From contig OZ251459.1 of assembly GCA_965242525.1 (NCBI GenBank), positions 3,936,001 through 4,000,000 on the forward strand: a stretch of DNA of 64,000 nt. The letters run 5' to 3'. Below, in pieces: positions 58,932-64,000 of the stretch. Within the stretch, counting starts at the first letter, position 1. Every line of letters begins with the position of its first letter. This stretch comes from an uncultured Candidatus Binatia bacterium. GTDB lineage: Bacteria; Desulfobacterota; Binatia; UBA9968; JAJDTQ01. The notes under the pieces are model-generated. The model was given only the letters and a program-made list of their open reading frames with translations, was not told the DNA's origin and ran no database searches. The position numbers were made by a program, and so were the translations under genes.

Positions 58932-59541
58932 CCCCGGTGACCACCGTGTAGAGCGAGAAGCGGGAGAACTTGTAAGCCTTGCACTCGGTGAAACCCGAGT
59001 CCCGGAGGAAGGGCTTGAGCTTGAGGTTCGTGCGCCAGCCCAACCGCCGGGTGAGGGGGTCCAGGGACTTGGTGAGCGCGCCCCGGACGCGGGACTCGCT
59101 GGTGAAGTGGTTGACCACGACGATGGTCCCCCCCGGACGGCACACGCGCTTCATCTCGGCCATCATCCGGACCGGGTCCGGCACCACCGACACCACGTGG
59201 AACGCCACCACGTAGTCGAACGCGTCGTCGGGAAAGGCGAGGTCCAGCGCGTCCATCTCCATGACCCGGAGGTGGCGCCAGTCGTTCTGCGCGATCTTCT
59301 CCCGGGCCCGGGCGAGCATGCGGGGCGCCTGGTCGATGCCCACCACGCGGCAATGGCGCGGGTACGCGGGGAACGAGGCGCCGGTGCCGACTCCGACCTC
59401 CAGGACCTCGGCCCCGGGCGGAAGGTCCATCCGCTGTATCACGGTCCGCTCGCGCGAGTAGAAGTACCTGGCGAAGGTCCTGTCGTACAGCGGCGCCCAG
59501 TCCGAATACAGCCTGCTCTCGTGCGCTCCCAGGTCGGCCAT
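58918..59541 (-). CDS. Class I SAM-dependent methyltransferase (PmtA-like)
   Basis: YSDWAPLYD, VLEVGVGTG, VVSVVPDP, RVCRPGG, VNHF. Confidence 0.8.
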   Translation of the reverse strand: MADLGAHESRLYSDWAPLYDRTFARYFYSRERTVIQRMDLPPGAEVLEVGVGTGASFPAYPRHCRVVGIDQAPRMLARAREKIAQNDWRHLRVMEMDALDLAFPDDAFDYVVAFHVVSVVPDPVRMMAEMKRVCRPGGTIVVVNHFTSESRVRGALTKSLDPLTRRLGWRTNLKLKPFLRDSGFTECKAYKFSRFSLYTVVTGVNLP

Positions 59542-59646
59542 GTCTTGCGTGCGTCCCTTCGCGTCGGGAAGACCCGTCGGGCCCTGCGTTTCCGGTTGCG
59601 GGAAGGACCCCGCAACCGTTCCGGTCCGAGGACGGAACCACTCGGA

Positions 59647-59675
59647 ACGCTATCAATTCGCGCCCGCCTTGTCAA
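59647..59675 (-). promoter_or_regulatory. Putative sigma70 promoter
   Basis: TTGACA-N17-TAGCGT upstream of the methyltransferase. Confidence 0.55.
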
Positions 59676-62095
59676 GGAACGCCGGGCCGGGGGGCGTTCG
59701 GCGGGCGCCGGAGGTCGATCTCCGCCTCCCATGTCCTCCGGGTGGAAAAAACGCTGAGATCGGTGGGTTTGGTGAACTGGCCCGTGCGGATGCGGGCGAT
59801 GCCGTAGCCGGGGAGTTCGACCAGGGCCAGGCACTTCCCGTCCTGGACCGCGCCGTCCCATCGGAAACGGAAGTCGAGGTTGTCGTAGCCCCAGCGCCTT
59901 CGATGGGAGGGAAGGTCGGCCGGGTCCGAGGGGACGAGGTGGAGGAAGAAGGGCGTGGCCACGTCCTCCGGGACGCAGGGCTCCTTGAGGTAGGTCAAGG
60001 TGTCCCCGTGGAGGTAGATGTCGAAGCGGGATTCGGCGACGGGCTTGGCGGAGGCTCCGGGGAAGGTCTCTTCCCGCACCCGGGCAGAGACCGGTCCGTT
60101 GGCGGACAGGGTGACGGCGATTCGCCAGCGTCTGCCGGACCGGGGTTTCCTCTGGCCGGTCTCGATGGCGCGGACGGGGTAGTCGGGCAGCCGGAGGCGC
60201 AGCATGCACTTGCCGTCGATATGGACGCCGTAACGGGCGAACTCGAAGGGCAGCGGTTCGAAGCCTTGCCGGCGGTGCTGCGGGGCGAGGTCCCGGACCC
60301 GGACGGGAAAGACCCGCAAGGAGAAGGGCATGCGGACGTCCCGCGGGCGGCAGGTCTCCTTCAGGTAGGTGAGGGTCTTCCCGTCGATGTATAGGTCGAA
60401 GTCGGACTCGGCGACCGGGGTGGTGGACTCGAGGGATCTGTATATTTCCCGGTAGTCGTCCGCGGCGTCCTCGCTCACCAGGGAGGGGTCGGCCGCGGTC
60501 ACCGTGAGGATGGTGTTGTTGTAGAGCTTGCTGGAGTGGAGGACGGGTGCGAAGGGCGGTCCGTAGGGCCTGGACCTCACTCGTTTGCGCAAGAAGGAGT
60601 TGGCGTCCAGGACGTAATAGTAGGCCCACGGTTCCCTCCCCACCCTCCGGGTGATCCTTCGCCGGTCCTCCGGCGGAAGGATTTTCAGGTTCGAGACCCC
60701 GCGATAGTTCTCGTGCAGACGGGAGCGGCCCCAGGACACGGGTGAAGAGGGGTGGCGCCGGAGCAGGTGTTCCAACCCTTCGCGGTACGCCAGGCTCGCG
60801 TAGGTCAGGCCGTACCGGCTGCGCAGGCGCTCGGGGGTATGGCGGTCCACCAGGAAGTTGAAATAGAGCGCCTGGTAGGGATGGATGGAGGTCGTTTCGA
60901 TAGCCGCAACGGCCACGCCCGCCGCGGCAGCGGCATAGACTCCTCTCCGCAGCACGGGCCGTGCGCAAAGGGAGGCCAGCCATCGAAGGCCGAGCACGGC
61001 CAGCAGGCAGAGCGGGGCGTAGAGGAAATAGACGTGGCGCCAAGCGTTGTAGATGTTGGAGCCGAGGACGACGACGGCAAGGACGGTCAACGCGAGGCAG
61101 GCGGCGAGCAGGCAGGCGAAGCGCAGGTCCGTGTTGCGGAGGGCGTCCCGGGGACGGAGCCAGAGGGAGCGGACCAGGGAAGCGGCTCCTGCGAGGCTGA
61201 GCAGGAGGACCACCGGGGGCGTGGTGACGGCGATCCAGACGGGGATGTAGTGGGGCGGAATGTCCGGCCAGCCCACCACCTGGCCCTGGAAGAGCGAGAC
61301 GTCGAGGCGAGGGTATCGGGACAACATGGCCAAGGCCATGACGAACTCGAAGGGGTTGCGCCAGAGCCAGGGGGATGCGGCGTAGAGGGTCAGGGCGCCC
61401 GCGGCCGCGAAGGCGAGCCCGGTGTTGCGGACGCGCCTGCGCTCCCGGTCTTCCGACGCCTGGAAGAGGTCGCAGGCCCGCAAGGCCAGGACTGCGGCGA
61501 AGAACAGGACCCCCATGCTGCGGAAGTTGGCGAGCAGGCCCACGCCCGCGCCGCAGAGGACGAAGGCGCGGAGGGTGTCCCGGCGGAAGGCCCGGTGGAC
61601 CAGGTAGAGGGAGACCATGAACATGACGAGGAAGGGGATGTCCTTGGAGTTGACGAAGGAGTGGCCGTAGAGCCTGGGATGGAGGAGGAAGAGGAGGAGT
61701 GCGAAGAGGGCCAGGAGCCGGCTGTCGGACATGCGGTAGGCGAGCAGGGAGCAGAAGAACCCTCCGAGCAGGAAGAAGAGGTGGGTCAGGAGGTGCCGGG
61801 CGAGGTAGGCGCTGCGGCTGTCGTCCAGCCCCGGGAGGCGCTCGGCCAGCGCGAGGAAAGTCTCGAATGCGTTTGCATAGAACCTGTGGTGGCCCAGCCG
61901 TAGCGCGTCGCTCTCCCCCAGGACGTAGTCGAGCGCGGCGTGCCCGACGTTGCGCTGGGTCACTTCGTCCCTCACTACGCCGTAGTCGTCGAGGACGGCG
62001 AAGCCGACGGCTGCGAACAGCAGGCAGACCGCCAGCGCCCACACCGGGAACGGGACGCGCCGCAGGGGCGCCGGGAGGGTCGCCGTCTTCTCCAT
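59672..62095 (-). CDS. GT-C (ArnT/PMT-like) membrane glycosyltransferase with duplicated C-terminal extracytoplasmic domain
   Basis: DYGVVRDE motif after TM1, PRLYGHSFVNSKDIP, many TMs, YNAWRH; two ~105-aa C-terminal repeats. Confidence 0.7.
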   Translation of the reverse strand: MEKTATLPAPLRRVPFPVWALAVCLLFAAVGFAVLDDYGVVRDEVTQRNVGHAALDYVLGESDALRLGHHRFYANAFETFLALAERLPGLDDSRSAYLARHLLTHLFFLLGGFFCSLLAYRMSDSRLLALFALLLFLLHPRLYGHSFVNSKDIPFLVMFMVSLYLVHRAFRRDTLRAFVLCGAGVGLLANFRSMGVLFFAAVLALRACDLFQASEDRERRRVRNTGLAFAAAGALTLYAASPWLWRNPFEFVMALAMLSRYPRLDVSLFQGQVVGWPDIPPHYIPVWIAVTTPPVVLLLSLAGAASLVRSLWLRPRDALRNTDLRFACLLAACLALTVLAVVVLGSNIYNAWRHVYFLYAPLCLLAVLGLRWLASLCARPVLRRGVYAAAAAGVAVAAIETTSIHPYQALYFNFLVDRHTPERLRSRYGLTYASLAYREGLEHLLRRHPSSPVSWGRSRLHENYRGVSNLKILPPEDRRRITRRVGREPWAYYYVLDANSFLRKRVRSRPYGPPFAPVLHSSKLYNNTILTVTAADPSLVSEDAADDYREIYRSLESTTPVAESDFDLYIDGKTLTYLKETCRPRDVRMPFSLRVFPVRVRDLAPQHRRQGFEPLPFEFARYGVHIDGKCMLRLRLPDYPVRAIETGQRKPRSGRRWRIAVTLSANGPVSARVREETFPGASAKPVAESRFDIYLHGDTLTYLKEPCVPEDVATPFFLHLVPSDPADLPSHRRRWGYDNLDFRFRWDGAVQDGKCLALVELPGYGIARIRTGQFTKPTDLSVFSTRRTWEAEIDLRRPPNAPRPGVP

Positions 62096-62103
62096 TGCCA
62101 AGG

Positions 62104-62132
62104 GTTGTAAGGCCCCCCTGCGCCGGCGTCAA
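62104..62132 (-). promoter_or_regulatory. Putative sigma70 promoter, near-leaderless transcript
   Basis: TTGACG-N17-TACAAC ending 8 nt before ATG 62095. Confidence 0.45.
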
Positions 62133-62259
62133 GTTCGGTCCGTGGGCGAGGCGCGGTTGGCGTTCGGCGAGGTTCTCGGATAGATTGGGGAAAGTCGCCT
62201 TCCGGCGCATCCGCCTCCCGCGAGGCTTTCGGTTCCGAACCCCGACGCGTTCCCCCGCC

Positions 62260-64000
62260 ATGGCCGGCATCCCACGGTTGATCGAATATCTCTGGCGGTA
62301 TTGGCGCCGCTACCTGCTGGGCGGGGTCTGCCTGGTGGGGACCACGAGCCTGCTCATGCTCATCCCCTGGTGGGTCCGGTCCGCGGTCGAGGTCATCGAG
62401 CGCGGCGACCCGGAGTCCGGGTTGGGCCGTTACGTGCTGTGGATCGTCCTGGCCGCGGTCGGCGGCGGCCTCCTGCGCGTGCTCTCCCGGTCGCTCATCT
62501 TCAACGCCGGCCGGAACGTCGAGTACGACCTGCGCAACGACCTCTTCGCCCACCTGGAGAAGCTCCCGCTCGGCTACTACCGCTCCCAGAGCACGGGCGA
62601 CCTCATGTCCCGGGCCGTCAACGACATCAACGCCGTGCGCGTGCTCCTGGGCCCGGGTTTCCTGAACCTGGTGAACACCCCGCTCTACCTGGTCTATGCG
62701 GTGGTGTTCATGTTCGCCATGGACCCGCGCCTGACCCTGGCCGTGGCCGCTTCGCTGACGCTGCTCATGTGGGTCTTCCGGCAGTTCCGCGGCCGGATAC
62801 AGCGGGCTTCGCTCAGGGTCCAGCGCCGGATGTCCCGCATGAGCGCCCACGTCCAGGAGAACCTGAGCGGCATGCACGTGGTCAAGGCCTACGTGCAGGC
62901 GGAGCCCCAGACCGCCCGGTTCGCCGACCTGAACGAGGACTACCGGGACCGCAGCATGGACCTGGCCCGCTACCGGGGCATGATCAACCCCATCATGGTG
63001 GCGCTGCACGGCTTCACGGTGCTGGTGGTGCTGTGGTACGGCGGATGGCTGACCCTCCGGGAACAGACCGGCGTCGCCGACCTGGTGGCGTTCATCCTGT
63101 ACCTGAACGTGCTGGCGTGGCCCATGGCCGCGTTCGGCTGGATGATCTCGCTGGTGGAGCGCGGCCGGGCGGCCATGGAGCGCCTGGAGGAGATCTTCGA
63201 GGTGGAGCCGGCCATCGCCGACCCGGACCGTCCCGCGTCCATGACGGACGGGGAGCGCGGCATCGAGTTCGAGAACGTCTCCTTCGCCTACGACGACGGC
63301 GGCTCCCGGGAGCCGGTGCTGCGCGACCTGAGCTTCCGGGCGCCGCGGGGGCGCAAGGTGGCCATCGTCGGGCGCACTGGCTCGGGCAAGAGCACCCTGG
63401 CGCACCTGATCCCCCGGCTCCACGACGCTGCCTCCGGCGTCGTCCGCGTGGGCGGCGTGGACGTCCGCTCCCTGCCGCTGGAAGAGCTGCGCGGGGCCAT
63501 CGGCTACGCGCCCCAGGACCCCTTCCTGTTCTCCACCTCGGTCCGGGAGAACCTGAAGTTCGGCGACCCCGGCGCCGGCGAGGGGGAGGTCCGCCGGGTC
63601 CTGGACGCGGCCGACCTGGAGAAGGAGGTGGAGGCCTTTCCGGCCGGTCTCGACACCCGGGTGGGGGAGCGGGGCATCGCCCTTTCCGGCGGCCAGAAGC
63701 AGCGGGCCACCCTGGCCCGGGCCATCCTGGCGGACCCCGAGTACCTGGTCCTGGACGACTGCCTCTCGAGCGTGGACTCCCGGACCGAGCAGCGCATCCT
63801 CCACGGCTTCGAGAGCGTCCTGCGGGACAAGACCTGCATCATCGTCTCCCACCGCATGGCCGCGGTCAAGGAAGCCGACGAGATCCTGGTGCTGGACCGG
63901 GGCCGCATCGTGGAGCGGGGCGACCACGAGTCGCTGCTCCGCACCGGGGGGATCTACGCCCGGATGTACCGGCGGCAACAGGCGTCCGGGGACCTGGACG
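62260..64000 (+). CDS. ABC exporter, fused permease/ATPase (MdlA/MsbA-like), runs off the window
   Basis: Read from sequence: TGDLMSR, GRTGSGKST, LSGGQKQR, LVLDDCLSSVD; no stop before 64000. Confidence 0.9.
   Translation, partial: MAGIPRLIEYLWRYWRRYLLGGVCLVGTTSLLMLIPWWVRSAVEVIERGDPESGLGRYVLWIVLAAVGGGLLRVLSRSLIFNAGRNVEYDLRNDLFAHLEKLPLGYYRSQSTGDLMSRAVNDINAVRVLLGPGFLNLVNTPLYLVYAVVFMFAMDPRLTLAVAASLTLLMWVFRQFRGRIQRASLRVQRRMSRMSAHVQENLSGMHVVKAYVQAEPQTARFADLNEDYRDRSMDLARYRGMINPIMVALHGFTVLVVLWYGGWLTLREQTGVADLVAFILYLNVLAWPMAAFGWMISLVERGRAAMERLEEIFEVEPAIADPDRPASMTDGERGIEFENVSFAYDDGGSREPVLRDLSFRAPRGRKVAIVGRTGSGKSTLAHLIPRLHDAASGVVRVGGVDVRSLPLEELRGAIGYAPQDPFLFSTSVRENLKFGDPGAGEGEVRRVLDAADLEKEVEAFPAGLDTRVGERGIALSGGQKQRATLARAILADPEYLVLDDCLSSVDSRTEQRILHGFESVLRDKTCIIVSHRMAAVKEADEILVLDRGRIVERGDHESLLRTGGIYARMYRRQQASGDLD

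Noticed and set aside
53646-63978. Long antisense or off-frame ORFs (934, 678, 943 and 667 aa)
   Set aside because: They overlap well-supported genes and have no motifs; expected from stop-codon scarcity at high GC

Overview
High-GC bacterial chromosomal window. The order tilS-ftsH-folP-glmM-pdxJ-nnr-tsaE-lysC-cimA suggests a deltaproteobacteria-like (possibly Binatota-type) lineage; this is inference only. Left to right: (1) an EamA transporter and a BMP-family nucleoside ABC operon. (2) A ~16 kb same-strand defence island (6386-22181): orphan N4/N6 DNA methyltransferase; Phd antitoxin with a truncated PIN toxin; a ~1470-codon NACHT/STAND NTPase with a C-terminal PD-(D/E)XK nuclease, broken by one in-frame TAG; a type III-like Mod-Res pair that encloses a second antitoxin with a deleted PIN toxin plus an ABC-ATPase-TOPRIM gene; and a further AT-richer ABC-ATPase-TOPRIM gene. 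(3) Accessory catabolic genes: UbiD plus TTT transporter, DppBC, two LLM oxidoreductases, MFS, an M24 protein lacking metal ligands, a diheme cytochrome c and two alpha/beta hydrolases. (4) An ISL3 scar, a HigBA-type TA and a reader-domain/HsdR_N-type nuclease. (5) A long housekeeping block (tilS to purN), a methyltransferase, a GT-C membrane protein with a duplicated uncharacterised C-terminal domain, and a partial ABC exporter. A ~140-bp non-autonomous element (23-bp TIRs, 4-bp target duplications) carrying a CGTC-type REP palindrome occurs about seven times between genes. No rRNA, tRNA or CRISPR array was seen. Family calls rest on motif reading only; no searches were run.
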